From an uncultured Gemmatimonadales bacterium (GTDB lineage: Bacteria > Gemmatimonadota > Gemmatimonadetes > Longimicrobiales > RSA9), in assembly GCA_963798085.1 (NCBI GenBank), contig CAWCRS010000003.1:160001-224000 (forward strand): DNA of 64,000 nucleotides. The letters run 5' to 3'. Position 1 is the first letter of the stretch, and each line of letters opens with the position of its first letter. The translations under genes and the position numbers were made by a program. Shown here piece by piece: positions 52,053 to 61,707 of this stretch. The notes beneath the pieces are model-generated. The model did not search any database. It saw only the letters and a list, made by a program, of their open reading frames with translations, and was not told the DNA's origin.

Positions 52053-52810
52053 CCCGCGGTCAGACTCGCTGCCTCGTATGCCGCGATCACTTCATCGATC
52101 GGACCCCGGCTCCGCACCCGACCGTGGTCCAGCCAGATCCCCTGCGAGCACAACTCGCGTACGCCGTCGAAGTCGTGCGTCACGACGATGAGCGTGCCAC
52201 CCGCGTCGCGAAACTCACGCAGCCGCTCCAGGCATTTCCCCCGGAACTCGTGGTCACCCACCGCCAGCACTTCGTCCAGTAACAGCGTGTCAGGCTCCGC
52301 GTGCGCCGTGATCGCGAACGCCAGCCGCGACCGCATGCCCGACGAGTAGTACTTCAGCGGGACATCACGGAATTCGCCCACGCCGGAGAAGTCGAAGATG
52401 GCTTCACGCCGCTCCGCGATTTCCCGCCGGCTCAGGCCCAGCGCCGCCGCGTACAGCTCGACGTTCTCATTGCCCGTCAGGTCCGGCTGGAACGTCGTGC
52501 CCAGCTCGATTACCGCAGCCACCCGGCCGTGCCGCACCACCACACCCTCCGTGGGCGGGTAGATCCCGGCCATCAGGCGAAGCGCCGTGCTCTTGCCCGA
52601 GCCGTTCGCGCCGATCAGTGCAAGCGACGCGCCCCGTTCCACGACCAGATCCAGTCCGGTCAGCTCGAATTGCGCGTGGCGCACGTGCACGGGCCGGCCG
52701 CGCAGCACCCGCAGCACGAACTCCTGCAGCGTGGTCGTCCGGTGCTCGTAGTGGTAGAAACGCTTTACCACACCCCGGCACTCCACCGCAACACCGCTGT
52801 TCGCGTCCAT
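52049..52810 (-). CDS. wzt: Polysaccharide ABC transporter ATP-binding protein (Wzt/TagH-like, no C-terminal CBM)
   Basis: GANGSGKS, YSSGMRSRLAF, LLDEVLAVGD.EF and VTHD. Confidence 0.93.
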   Translation of the reverse strand: MDANSGVAVECRGVVKRFYHYEHRTTTLQEFVLRVLRGRPVHVRHAQFELTGLDLVVERGASLALIGANGSGKSTALRLMAGIYPPTEGVVVRHGRVAAVIELGTTFQPDLTGNENVELYAAALGLSRREIAERREAIFDFSGVGEFRDVPLKYYSSGMRSRLAFAITAHAEPDTLLLDEVLAVGDHEFRGKCLERLREFRDAGGTLIVVTHDFDGVRELCSQGIWLDHGRVRSRGPIDEVIAAYEAASLTAG

Positions 52811-52814
52811 CACG

Positions 52815-53615
52815 TCACACCACTTCCGCGAAGTACGCGCGCTTCCACCGGAAAAGTGCCAGACCTGCCGCAAAACACACGAGTGCCGCCAGGGCGGGCA
52901 GCAGGAAGGCGCGGGCTGCCGGGATCTGCCCGTCGTACAGCACCGTGTGGTACAGCTCCATGAGTCCCGCGAACGGATTGAGCGCATAGATCGCCTGGGC
53001 CGTCCTGGGCACGTAGCTGGCCGGGTAGTAGACCGGCGACAGGAAGGAAAGCAGCGTCAGCGCCACCGGCAGTGCGTGCTCCACGTCGCGGAAGAAAACG
53101 CCCAATGCCGCAATGGGCAGTGCCAGCCCGGTGGCCAGCAGGAGCTGAACCACGATCACAAGCGGCAGCACCACCAGGCTGAGCGGTACCGCATGGTGCC
53201 GGAACACGACCAGAGCGATCACGACGAGCACCATTTCGGCCGCGAATTCGACAAGCCTCGACAGCACGCCGCTCAGCACCAGCACTTCGCTCGGAAATGC
53301 CAGGCTGCGCGACATGTAGGAGTGTCCCGTCACCTGTGTTGCGCTCGTGCCGAGCGTGTGCAACACGAACACCCATGGGAAATAGCCGCTGATCAGGAAC
53401 GCCCAGTACTGCGGCACGTTCATCCTCAGGATCGCCTGGAACACGAGCACCAGGATCAGCACGGTCAGCAGCGGGTTCAGCAGCGTCCACACAAACCCCA
53501 GAATCGAGCGCTGATAGCGCATCTTCAGGTTGCGTGAGACCAGTGCCCGCAGCAGCTCGCGGTGGCTCCACACTTCAGCGGCAAATCCAGGCGAATCCAG
53601 CGCGGCGTCGGTCAT
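52815..53615 (-). CDS. wzm: Polysaccharide ABC transporter permease (Wzm/TagG-like)
   Basis: RYQRSILGFVWTLLNPL, FRDV, SPVYYP and NPF, with 6 TM segments. Confidence 0.93.
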   Translation of the reverse strand: MTDAALDSPGFAAEVWSHRELLRALVSRNLKMRYQRSILGFVWTLLNPLLTVLILVLVFQAILRMNVPQYWAFLISGYFPWVFVLHTLGTSATQVTGHSYMSRSLAFPSEVLVLSGVLSRLVEFAAEMVLVVIALVVFRHHAVPLSLVVLPLVIVVQLLLATGLALPIAALGVFFRDVEHALPVALTLLSFLSPVYYPASYVPRTAQAIYALNPFAGLMELYHTVLYDGQIPAARAFLLPALAALVCFAAGLALFRWKRAYFAEVV

Positions 53616-53881
53616 GGACCTCGCATCATGGACCTGTTTCGTTCCAACGCAATGCTCTATAGTGTAGCGAATTGCTTGCCTCGCGCCGGCATCCCCGGGC
53701 CCGTCGTGCTGGCGCCTGGCAGGCATAAGTTGCTTCCATTGCACGCTGTTCCATCCGAAAATGCGTCTCCGGCCCGGTCGCCGCTGCATCGGCGAGACAA
53801 TTGCAAGCCTGTTGGCGGTTCGCACTGTTACGAAACCGTGCACTTGTGCGGTTTCCAGAGGCAGACATTCGCGGGAGAGTC

Positions 53882-54886
53882 ATGGACACGCGCGCCGACG
53901 CGCCGACCTTTTCTATCGTCATCCCGACCTACGACCGGCCTGACCTCGTGCGCAGGTTGCTCAGTGCGCTGAGTCGCCTGGACTACCCGGCCGAGCGTTT
54001 CGAGGTGATCGTCGTCGATGACGGCAGTCCCAGGCCTCTGCATGCGGTGATCGCCGAGTTCGTGGACCGTCTGGACGTGCGCCTGATTCGTCAGCGCAAT
54101 GCCGGGCCTGCAACCGCACGCAACCGCGGCGCTGGCGAGGCCCGCGGCCAGTGGCTGGCCTTCACGGATGATGACTGCGTTCCGGAGCGCGGCTGGCTGA
54201 ACGGGCTGGAGCGTGCGTTGCTGCGTGATTCCGAGGTGGCTGTGGGCGGGCGGTTGCTCAGCTACCCGGAGGACACGGTGTATTCGGTGGCCAGCCAGAA
54301 CCTGGTCGAGTATCTGTACCACTACTACAACCGGCCGGACTCGAGCGCCCGTTTCTTCTCCAGCGCGAACCTCGCATGCGCGCGCGACCTCTTCCTCGCG
54401 ACGGGCGGCTTCAATGAATCGTTCCGCATTGCCGCCGCCGAGGATCGTGACATCTGCGACCGCTGGTGCGAACAGGGCAGGCGCCTGGTCTTCGCCGGCA
54501 ATGCGGTGGTCCGACACGCACCGCGGCTCACCTTCCGCCGTTTCGTGCGCCAGCATTTCAACTATGGCCGCGGCGCCCTCTGCCTGCATCGCGCCCGCGA
54601 GCTGCGCGGCGTTTCGCGCCCTCGCCGGGAGCCACTGCGGTTCTATTTCGGGCTCCTCGTCTACCCGATCGGCCGGGGCTTTGGCCTGCGCACACCGCAG
54701 CTCGTGGCGCTGGCGCTGACCACGCAGATCGTGTACGTGCTCGGCTTTCTCAGCGAGCGCTCGCTCACGCGCAAGACCCCACCCGCCGCGGCAGAAGCGC
54801 GAAAGCAGGATGCGACCGACCCTTTCCAGAATCGGGCAGTTCGACGCCAAATGGCTGACTTCGAACACGAGTTCATCCGGCACTGA
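53882..54886 (+). CDS. GT2 glycosyltransferase, divergent from the wzm operon
   Basis: SIVIPTYDR, VDDGS, GPATARN, FTDDD and GGFNE...AAED. Confidence 0.92.
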   Translation: MDTRADAPTFSIVIPTYDRPDLVRRLLSALSRLDYPAERFEVIVVDDGSPRPLHAVIAEFVDRLDVRLIRQRNAGPATARNRGAGEARGQWLAFTDDDCVPERGWLNGLERALLRDSEVAVGGRLLSYPEDTVYSVASQNLVEYLYHYYNRPDSSARFFSSANLACARDLFLATGGFNESFRIAAAEDRDICDRWCEQGRRLVFAGNAVVRHAPRLTFRRFVRQHFNYGRGALCLHRARELRGVSRPRREPLRFYFGLLVYPIGRGFGLRTPQLVALALTTQIVYVLGFLSERSLTRKTPPAAAEARKQDATDPFQNRAVRRQMADFEHEFIRH

Positions 54887-54909
54887 GCGCCGGACAGACT
54901 GCATCGAAG

Positions 54910-54952
54910 CGCGGCGGACGGGTCCGTTCGACCTGTCCGCCGCGTCCTTTTT
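54910..54952 (+). terminator. Intrinsic terminator
   Basis: 15-bp stem CGCGGCGGACGGGTC/GACCTGTCCGCCGCG (one G-U pair) followed by TCCTTTTT. Confidence 0.7.
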
Positions 54953-55518
54953 CAGCGGGCCTTCTTCCGCTTCTCAGGCTTGGGAGCCAGGATGGTGCCG
55001 CGACAGCTCTCGGCGCCACAGCGGCAGGGATACATGCGCTTCAGCGCGGGCGTCAGCGGCTCGTCCAGGTCGTACGCGTAGTCGTAGAACAGCTCTTCGC
55101 CCGGGGCAATGTCGCGCACCGCCTCGATGAAGATGCGCCCGCCATAATCCAGCGCCTCACAGTTGGGCTCGCACGAATGATTGATGAACTTCGCCGCGTT
55201 GCCCTTCACGCCGGCATCGATGACCGTGTCATCATCGATCGCGAACAGGAACGTGTGATGCCGGGCCATTTGCTCGTCGTCATAGCGCTGGTCCGCCTCA
55301 TCCTGCGTGATGCGTTCGCCCGTGTACTCGATGATGCGCGTACCCATGGAGATCCAGCGCGTGGCAAACGCGCCGTTACCCTGAATGTGCGAGCGGCGGA
55401 TCGTGAACGGACGGGGCCAGGCGACACCATCCGCTCCTTTCCTGCGCCGCGTTCCAGCGGCTCGCTTCGTTCTGCTGCCTGCGCCGCTGCTCTTCCTGCG
55501 TCGGGAGCCTGTTGCCAA
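54952..55518 (-). CDS. SET-domain protein-lysine methyltransferase with post-SET zinc cluster
   Basis: IQGNGAFA, IIEYTGE, FINHSCEPN, GEELFYDY and CRCGAESCRG. Probable TTG start after AAGGAG; GTG at 55626 is an alternative. Confidence 0.9.
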   Translation of the reverse strand: MATGSRRRKSSGAGSRTKRAAGTRRRKGADGVAWPRPFTIRRSHIQGNGAFATRWISMGTRIIEYTGERITQDEADQRYDDEQMARHHTFLFAIDDDTVIDAGVKGNAAKFINHSCEPNCEALDYGGRIFIEAVRDIAPGEELFYDYAYDLDEPLTPALKRMYPCRCGAESCRGTILAPKPEKRKKAR

Positions 55519-55703
55519 AACCCCACTCTCCTTTGTTGCCTGCGTCCGTTCCTTCGCCGGCTGCGCCCGGTTAGCCGTCTTTTTCCGGTGCAGTGTCGGG
55601 AATCTAGGACCAACCGCGCCTCTCACCTAGAGGACGACAGTCGAACCTTGTAGGTTGGGGAGTGTTGTATGGACGATCCGTACCTGCCGCCAGGACTGTT
55701 CGC

Positions 55704-58067
55704 ATGACCGACGGTTTCCCGTTCCGGCGTGTTCTGACCTTCGCCCCGCTGATCGAACACTGGCGTGAGGTGGCAGCACGCACCGGACTGCAGGCCGAGA
55801 TCGCCGCCAGCGTGCTGCGCCGCGTCGACGACACACCGCTGCTCCTGAGCCCGATCGACGACGCCGCACAGCTGCGTGGCTGCGCCGACCTCGTCGAAGT
55901 GTTGCTGCACCCGATCTTCCCGCAGGCGGGCCACGGCGAGTCGTATGGCGCCGTGCTCACGCCCTTCGGCCACGAGTGCATCCACCAGACGCGGGCATTC
56001 GAGCGCCGCGGTCTGCTGGATCAGCTCCTGCAGCAGCTGGCCCAGGCCGATCGCCAGGTACACCGCGCGATCGTCGCATGGGAGTACGTGTTGTCCGGCA
56101 TCTACGGCACGCCCTTCGACGTGTCCATTCCCTTCGTGGCAACGTCTGTGGATGCGACGACCGGCCTCGATCGTTACTTCGGCGTCCTGCTCGACCATCG
56201 TTTCTGCCGCCCTGTCGCCGTCGGACCGGTGCCCACGCTCAGCGCCGAACAAATGGAATCGCTGCAGGACAACCGTCTGGACCTGGATCTCTGGCGACGC
56301 ACGCTCCCGCCCGAAAACTTCGAGCTGCACGGACTGGGTGTGTTCCACGCGCGCGACGTCACGGAACAGAAGGTCATGGCCAGCCTGACCGGCGAGCTGC
56401 TGCAGCCCGACGCCATGAGATCCGTCGAACGCGTGCTGCGCCTGGAGTCACACGTGCGCACGCTGCTCAACCGTCCTCACGTCGAGCTGGGTCTCATCTG
56501 CGTCGAGCGTGATGGCGCGGACGCCATTTCCGCAGCGCGCGCGGTGGGCCGCAGCCTGCTGTTGAGCAAAGGCGAAATGCCCTATTGCTGCAATGCCGCG
56601 GAGTCCGTCTACACGCGCGTGATCGAGACACGCAAACCCGAAGTGGTGCGCGATCTCGCGTGCTGCGGCATCAGCACCGAATACGAGCAGCACCTGCGCG
56701 ATCAGGGCATGCGCAATCTGCTGATCGCGCCGCTCATGGTGGGTGACCGCCTGGTCGGCCTGATCGAGCTGGCCTCGCCCGTGCCCGGCGACGTGCACAT
56801 CCTCAACGCCGGACCGGTGCACCAGGTGCTGGGCCTGTTCGCCGCCGCCATGAAGCGCACCTACGACGATCGCGAGACTCGCGTACAGGCTGTTATCAAG
56901 CAACAGTACACGGCCATCCACCCGTCCGTGGAATGGCGCTTCCGCAAGGCCGCGCTCAAGTACATGGAAGCCGTGGCCCAGGACGAGATGCCCACCGCCG
57001 ATGCCATCGTCTTCAAGGATGTGTATCCGCTCTATGGCCTGTCCGACATCCGCGGCTCATCCAGCCGCCGCAGCGAGGCCATCCAGCAGGACCTGCGCCG
57101 GCAGCTGGACCTGGCGCGTGATGTGGTGCGCGCCGCCAGCATGGCGAAACCGCTGCCCGTGCTGACCGAGCTGGACCACCGCATGGATCGCTGCCTCGCC
57201 GATCTCGCCAATGGCCTGCGCGCCGGCGATGAGCTGCGCGTGCTCGATTTCCTGCGCCAGGACCTCGAGGAGATTTTCCAGCAGCTGGATGACTTCGGAG
57301 AAACCACTGCGGCTGCGTTGCGCGCCTACCGCGCGGCGCTCGACCCCGAGCTGGGGTTCCTCTACGGGGAGCGCCGCGCCTTCGAGCAGGCGGTTGCGCT
57401 GATCAACGACACCATCTCCGTGTACATCGATCGCGAGCAGGCGCTGGCCCAGGCCATGTTCCCGCACTACTTCGAGAAGTTCAAGACCAATGGCGTCGAC
57501 TACAACATCTACGTAGGCGCATCCCTGCAGGAGGAACGCCGCTTCCAGCCGCTCTACCTGCGCAATCTGCGCATCTGGCAGCTCATGCTGATGTGCGGCA
57601 TCATCTGGGAGCTGGACCGCGTCGGCCCGCGCCTGCCCATCCCGCTGGAGACCGCGCACCTCATCCTGGCACAGTCTACGCCGCTCTCCATCCGCTTCCG
57701 CGTCGAAGAGAAGCAGTTCGACGTCGACGGTGCCTACAACATCCGCTACGAGATCGTGAAGAAGCGCATCGACAAGGCGCGCGTCCGCGGCGGCCGTGAA
57801 CACCTCACGCAGCCTGGCTGCATCGCCATCGTGTACTCACACCCCCGCGAGGCCGCCGAGTACCGCGAATACCTCGACTTCCTCGCCGCCGCCGGCTACC
57901 TGACCGGCCCCATCGAAGAACTCGAGCTGGAAGACCTCCAGGGCGCCAGCGGCCTGCAGGCAATGCGCGTCACCGTGGCCCGCGCCGGCGCCACCACCAC
58001 CGACGCCCGGCCCATCGTCGAGCGCGTCAATGTGCTGCACCGCAAACTCGCTGTGAGAGGCGCATGA
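55704..58067 (+). CDS. Large GAF-domain protein with C-terminal cyclase-like motifs
   Basis: GAF signature NLLIAPLMVGDRLVGLIEL, then TAIHPSVEWRF, YPLYGLSDIRGSS, FPHYFEKFKTNGVDYNIYVG, FDVDGAYNIRYE and LEDLQG. Confidence 0.8.
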   Translation: MTDGFPFRRVLTFAPLIEHWREVAARTGLQAEIAASVLRRVDDTPLLLSPIDDAAQLRGCADLVEVLLHPIFPQAGHGESYGAVLTPFGHECIHQTRAFERRGLLDQLLQQLAQADRQVHRAIVAWEYVLSGIYGTPFDVSIPFVATSVDATTGLDRYFGVLLDHRFCRPVAVGPVPTLSAEQMESLQDNRLDLDLWRRTLPPENFELHGLGVFHARDVTEQKVMASLTGELLQPDAMRSVERVLRLESHVRTLLNRPHVELGLICVERDGADAISAARAVGRSLLLSKGEMPYCCNAAESVYTRVIETRKPEVVRDLACCGISTEYEQHLRDQGMRNLLIAPLMVGDRLVGLIELASPVPGDVHILNAGPVHQVLGLFAAAMKRTYDDRETRVQAVIKQQYTAIHPSVEWRFRKAALKYMEAVAQDEMPTADAIVFKDVYPLYGLSDIRGSSSRRSEAIQQDLRRQLDLARDVVRAASMAKPLPVLTELDHRMDRCLADLANGLRAGDELRVLDFLRQDLEEIFQQLDDFGETTAAALRAYRAALDPELGFLYGERRAFEQAVALINDTISVYIDREQALAQAMFPHYFEKFKTNGVDYNIYVGASLQEERRFQPLYLRNLRIWQLMLMCGIIWELDRVGPRLPIPLETAHLILAQSTPLSIRFRVEEKQFDVDGAYNIRYEIVKKRIDKARVRGGREHLTQPGCIAIVYSHPREAAEYREYLDFLAAAGYLTGPIEELELEDLQGASGLQAMRVTVARAGATTTDARPIVERVNVLHRKLAVRGA

Positions 58068-58483
58068 GGGCGGCCGACTCCGTTACGCGCCCGCGCGCGC
58101 ATTCCCCACGCGGAGAACCGGGAGAACCGCGTCCGCACACGGTGCCCACAAGGCAGCGGGGGGCGCTGCCACCCGGCGCCGGAAGCAGCCGGGGGCCCGC
58201 GTCAACGGCCCCGCAAATTGAGCCATCGCCGCGCCTGATGCGCTGGCCGGGTCCGGACCCGAATGATCGACCACCCCTGAGAACCCGTGCCCTGTGTCCC
58301 CTGCTTCCTGCGTCCACGTCTCTGTGATAATAATCCGTTAACCGTTCCCACGGGTACGCCCCCGGGGTGGGGAAGAGCGGCCTACTACCACGGTGTTAAA
58401 CGCCATGCCCGCCCCAGCATGGCCACAACAGCAGCTGCGCCGGGCGGGACGCCCGCGCTCGACGGGGCCGCGCAGCAGCGCGC

Positions 58484-58822
58484 TCACACCCGTCGCGGAC
58501 GCGTGCCCAGCTGCACACCATCCCACATGCGCTCCAGCATGCGACGCGTCGATTCCAGCGCGCGCACGCCCGGCGGACGCAGCCGGAAGTGCCGCTTCGC
58601 ACGGCCGCCTCGCCGCGGCGTCGCCTCACCCTGCCACGACGCCACGTAGCCTTTCTCTTCCAGCCGCGCCAGCGTCGCATAGATGGCGCCCACCGCTACA
58701 CCGCGCCCCGTGCGTCGCTCGATTTCGCGACGGATCGTCGTGCCGTAGCCGTCCTCACCCAGCTGTGCCACCGCCAGCAGCACGACCTGCTCGAACTCAC
58801 CCAGGTAATCGCCTTTCGTCAT
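58484..58822 (-). CDS. PadR-family transcriptional regulator (acidobacterial type)
   Basis: LGEFEQVVLLA, YG, GAIYATLARLEEKG and RGGRAKR. Confidence 0.9.
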   Translation of the reverse strand: MTKGDYLGEFEQVVLLAVAQLGEDGYGTTIRREIERRTGRGVAVGAIYATLARLEEKGYVASWQGEATPRRGGRAKRHFRLRPPGVRALESTRRMLERMWDGVQLGTRPRRV

Positions 58823-58838
58823 GTTATATGTATTACAT
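58821..58838. promoter_or_regulatory. Putative PadR operator, ATGT-N10-ACAT
   Basis: AT-rich imperfect palindrome ATGTTATATGTATTACAT overlapping the padR start codon. Confidence 0.55.
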
Positions 58839-59056
58839 TCCAGAACAAAACAGGCAAGCGCGCGGCTGCTCCCGATCCGCCCGCCGCGCCGCGCGAAACA
58901 CACCGTTTGCGACGGTTTCCCAATGCGAGCGCGCGTCGCGAGACCGCAACATGGCGTCCAGCCTGCGCTTGCCTCGCACCCGCTTGATCCGCGCCGATCC
59001 CGCCGCTCATATTCCCGCACGCATTGACTCCCTCCCCTTTTCCGGAGAACGGCCGC

Positions 59057-60547
59057 ATGACGCTTCCCGGCCGGTATGGTACAGGCTGGTGCGCGGCGCG
59101 CTGCCGCGCGATTGCGGCGCTGACGCTGCTGCTCGCGACGCACGCTTCGGCCCAGGAAGCAGCGCAGGCCCGCGCGCGACGGACGCGCGTCGAGCATGGG
59201 TTGCGCTCCACGATCATCGTCTCCGGCAGCAGCCGCGGCTGGTCCCTCGCGGAGCGCATGGCCCACTATCGTGTGCCGGCGGTCAGCATCGCCGTGATCG
59301 ACAATGGCCGCATCGAGTGGGCGCGCGCGTATGGTGTCGCCAATGTCGTCGAGGCACGCACGGCCACGACGGAGACGCTGTTCCAGGCTGCATCAGTGAG
59401 CAAGCCGCTGACCGCACTGGCCGCGCTGCACCTCGTGGAGCAGCAGCGCATCACATTGGATGGCGACGTCAACACCTGGCTGCGCTCCTGGCAGGTCCCG
59501 TCCGATTCGCTCACCGCCCAACAGCCTGTTACAGTGCGCGAGCTGCTCACGCACACGGCCGGCCTCACCGTGCACGGATTTCCCGGCTATGCGGCCAACG
59601 AGGCCGTTCCCACGCTGCTCCAGGTGCTCAATGGCGCCGATCCCGCGAACACGCCCGCGATTCGTGTCGACACACGTCCCGGTACGCAGTGGCGGTATTC
59701 GGGCGGTGGCTACACCGTGCTGCAGCAGCTGCTCATCGACGTCAGCGGCATGCCTTTCCCGCAATTGCTGCGGCAGCTCGTGCTCGACCCCATGGGCATG
59801 ACGCGGAGCACGTACTCGCAGCCGCTCGAGCCGCTGCGTGCGCACGAAGCCGCGTCCGGTTACCGCACGGATGGCTCCGCCATACCGCACCACTGGCACA
59901 CCTACCCGGAAATGGCGGCGGCCGGCCTGTGGACGACGCCTACGGATCTCGCGCGCTACATCCTGGAGGTGCAGGCCGCCTGGGCCGGCCGTTCCCGACG
60001 CGTGATTTCGCCGGACATGGCAAGGCAGATGCTGACGGCGGGCACCGGCGGCTGGGGCCTCGGCCCGCAGCTGGGCGGTTCCGGAGACAGTCTCCATTTC
60101 CAGCACGGTGGCGCTAACGAGGGATTTCGCTGCGAGTTCATTGGCTCGGTAACGGGCGGCCGTGGCGCCGTGGTGATGACCAACAGCGATGCAGGCAGCC
60201 TGATCGTCAACGAGATCCTGCTCGCGATTGGCGACGTCTACGGCTGGCCCGACGTGCCCCGCAGCGCCCTGCGGCCGGTCGCGCTGCCCGACAGCGTCGC
60301 CTCGGAATACGTGGGTCGCTATCACCTGCCGGCGCAGGCCGGCGGTGTGCTCGCGGTGGCGTGGCGGGATGGCGGACTGGTCGCGATCGTCGGCGATCTG
60401 CCGGCGTCGCCCCTCGTGCACACCGGCGAGGATGCGTTCATCGGGCTCGACAATGGCACGAGTCTCCGCTTCATTCGCGAAAATGGCAGGATCGTCGCCG
60501 CCGGCATTTACGGCGTGCGCGCCCAGCGCATGGCGAGTCAGCCGTAG
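59057..60547 (+). CDS. Serine hydrolase, beta-lactamase class C/AmpC-like family, secreted
   Basis: Signal peptide, FQAASVSK (SxxK), LLTHTAG, YSGGGY, AAAGLWTT and HGG. Confidence 0.9.
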   Translation: MTLPGRYGTGWCAARCRAIAALTLLLATHASAQEAAQARARRTRVEHGLRSTIIVSGSSRGWSLAERMAHYRVPAVSIAVIDNGRIEWARAYGVANVVEARTATTETLFQAASVSKPLTALAALHLVEQQRITLDGDVNTWLRSWQVPSDSLTAQQPVTVRELLTHTAGLTVHGFPGYAANEAVPTLLQVLNGADPANTPAIRVDTRPGTQWRYSGGGYTVLQQLLIDVSGMPFPQLLRQLVLDPMGMTRSTYSQPLEPLRAHEAASGYRTDGSAIPHHWHTYPEMAAAGLWTTPTDLARYILEVQAAWAGRSRRVISPDMARQMLTAGTGGWGLGPQLGGSGDSLHFQHGGANEGFRCEFIGSVTGGRGAVVMTNSDAGSLIVNEILLAIGDVYGWPDVPRSALRPVALPDSVASEYVGRYHLPAQAGGVLAVAWRDGGLVAIVGDLPASPLVHTGEDAFIGLDNGTSLRFIRENGRIVAAGIYGVRAQRMASQP

Positions 60548-60552
60548 CCGGC

Positions 60553-61677
60553 ATGGACGCGCCGGTGGCGGGGTCCGCGGTGACGGTCGTGACCGGAAGT
60601 GTCGTGGTGCTGCGTCTTTTCAATGTGGCCAATGCCATCGATCTCACGCGCGTCGAGCAGCAGGCAGTGGCCGGCGCGTCGACGCGCATCCGCCTCACCA
60701 ATGTCAAACCCAAGGCCGTGACCTTCGGCGAGCCGCCGGTCGAGATCGCGCTGGGAAGGGTCAATGTGACAGTGGCTGGCGCCAGCCTGCCCGCCGATCT
60801 CACGACGCGCATCTACGACTTCGGCACCGTCTCGCTCGCCTTCCGCTTCCGTGCCGACGCTCTGGACTGGACCGGCTACGTGGAACGCATCGACGCCATC
60901 AACGCGGCGCTCGACGGCGCACCGCTTTGGATCGAGCAGCTGGACCGCGTGCGCACGCTGGTCGCGCCCGCACTCGATCGCCCCACGACCACCGTGATCG
61001 AGGAAGACTACCTGCTGGCCACGGTGGACCGCTTCGATCGTCCGCTCACCGCGGAGCGCATCGTCGCCGAGCTCAATGTGGCCCGCCTGCTATCCGGCGA
61101 GGCCCGACCGCTGTCGCGCCGGACCCGCGACGAGCTGATGCGCAATTCCTTCAGCTACTACGAGGACGATCTCGTGGCGCTGACCTGGGACCGCGCGCTC
61201 ATCGTGGAGCCGGGCGGAGAGTTCGACGTCGCGGAAGTGCTGGAAGTCGCTAACGCGCAGTTGCTGGAACTGCGCTTCTACGATACGCTGCTGGACTCGG
61301 AGCTGCCCCGCATGTACGAGCGCGTCGAGCAGGCCAGACAGCGCTTTGGCGGGCTCGGCCGGCGGCGCTATGCCAACCTCGCCCGCGAAATCTACAAACG
61401 CGTAGCCGAAGTCACGGAAATCGCCGAGCGCGTGGACAACGCCCTCATCGTCACCGAGGATGTGTACCTCGCCCGCATTTACGGCGCCGCGCTCGACCTG
61501 TTCCGCGTGCGCGCCTGGAACGCCGCCGTCGAGCGCAAACTGGCCATTATGCGCGACACCTACTCCGCCCTCTATGACGAAGCTACTTCCGCGCGCGCCG
61601 AGTACCTCGAGACCACGATCGTCATTCTCATTGTGCTCGAGATCGTGCTGGCCCTCGTGATGCGCCGCACGGGCTGA
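60553..61677 (+). CDS. RMD1/DUF155-like protein with C-terminal TM segment
   Basis: LEVANAQLLELRFYD, D.YLARIY, W...V.RKL and LETTIVILIVLEI. Confidence 0.65.
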   Translation: MDAPVAGSAVTVVTGSVVVLRLFNVANAIDLTRVEQQAVAGASTRIRLTNVKPKAVTFGEPPVEIALGRVNVTVAGASLPADLTTRIYDFGTVSLAFRFRADALDWTGYVERIDAINAALDGAPLWIEQLDRVRTLVAPALDRPTTTVIEEDYLLATVDRFDRPLTAERIVAELNVARLLSGEARPLSRRTRDELMRNSFSYYEDDLVALTWDRALIVEPGGEFDVAEVLEVANAQLLELRFYDTLLDSELPRMYERVEQARQRFGGLGRRRYANLAREIYKRVAEVTEIAERVDNALIVTEDVYLARIYGAALDLFRVRAWNAAVERKLAIMRDTYSALYDEATSARAEYLETTIVILIVLEIVLALVMRRTG

Positions 61678-61707
61678 ATCGCCGGCGGCGCACCCGCCAG
61701 GCCCCGC

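Noticed and set aside
53616..53881. Sigma-54 promoter or ops/JUMPStart element upstream of wzm
   Set aside because: Candidate GG/GC pairs have the wrong spacing, and no GGCGGTAG ops motif was seen.
58068..58337. 87-aa ORF 58064-58327 or an sRNA in this intergenic region
   Set aside because: The translation is Pro/Arg-rich without motifs, and the short palindromes (e.g. GGGTCCGGACCC) are insufficient evidence.
59057..60547. Bona fide beta-lactam resistance gene
   Set aside because: It has SxxK, but YSG and HGG replace the YxN and KTG of class C beta-lactamases, which fits the broader esterase/peptidase family better.
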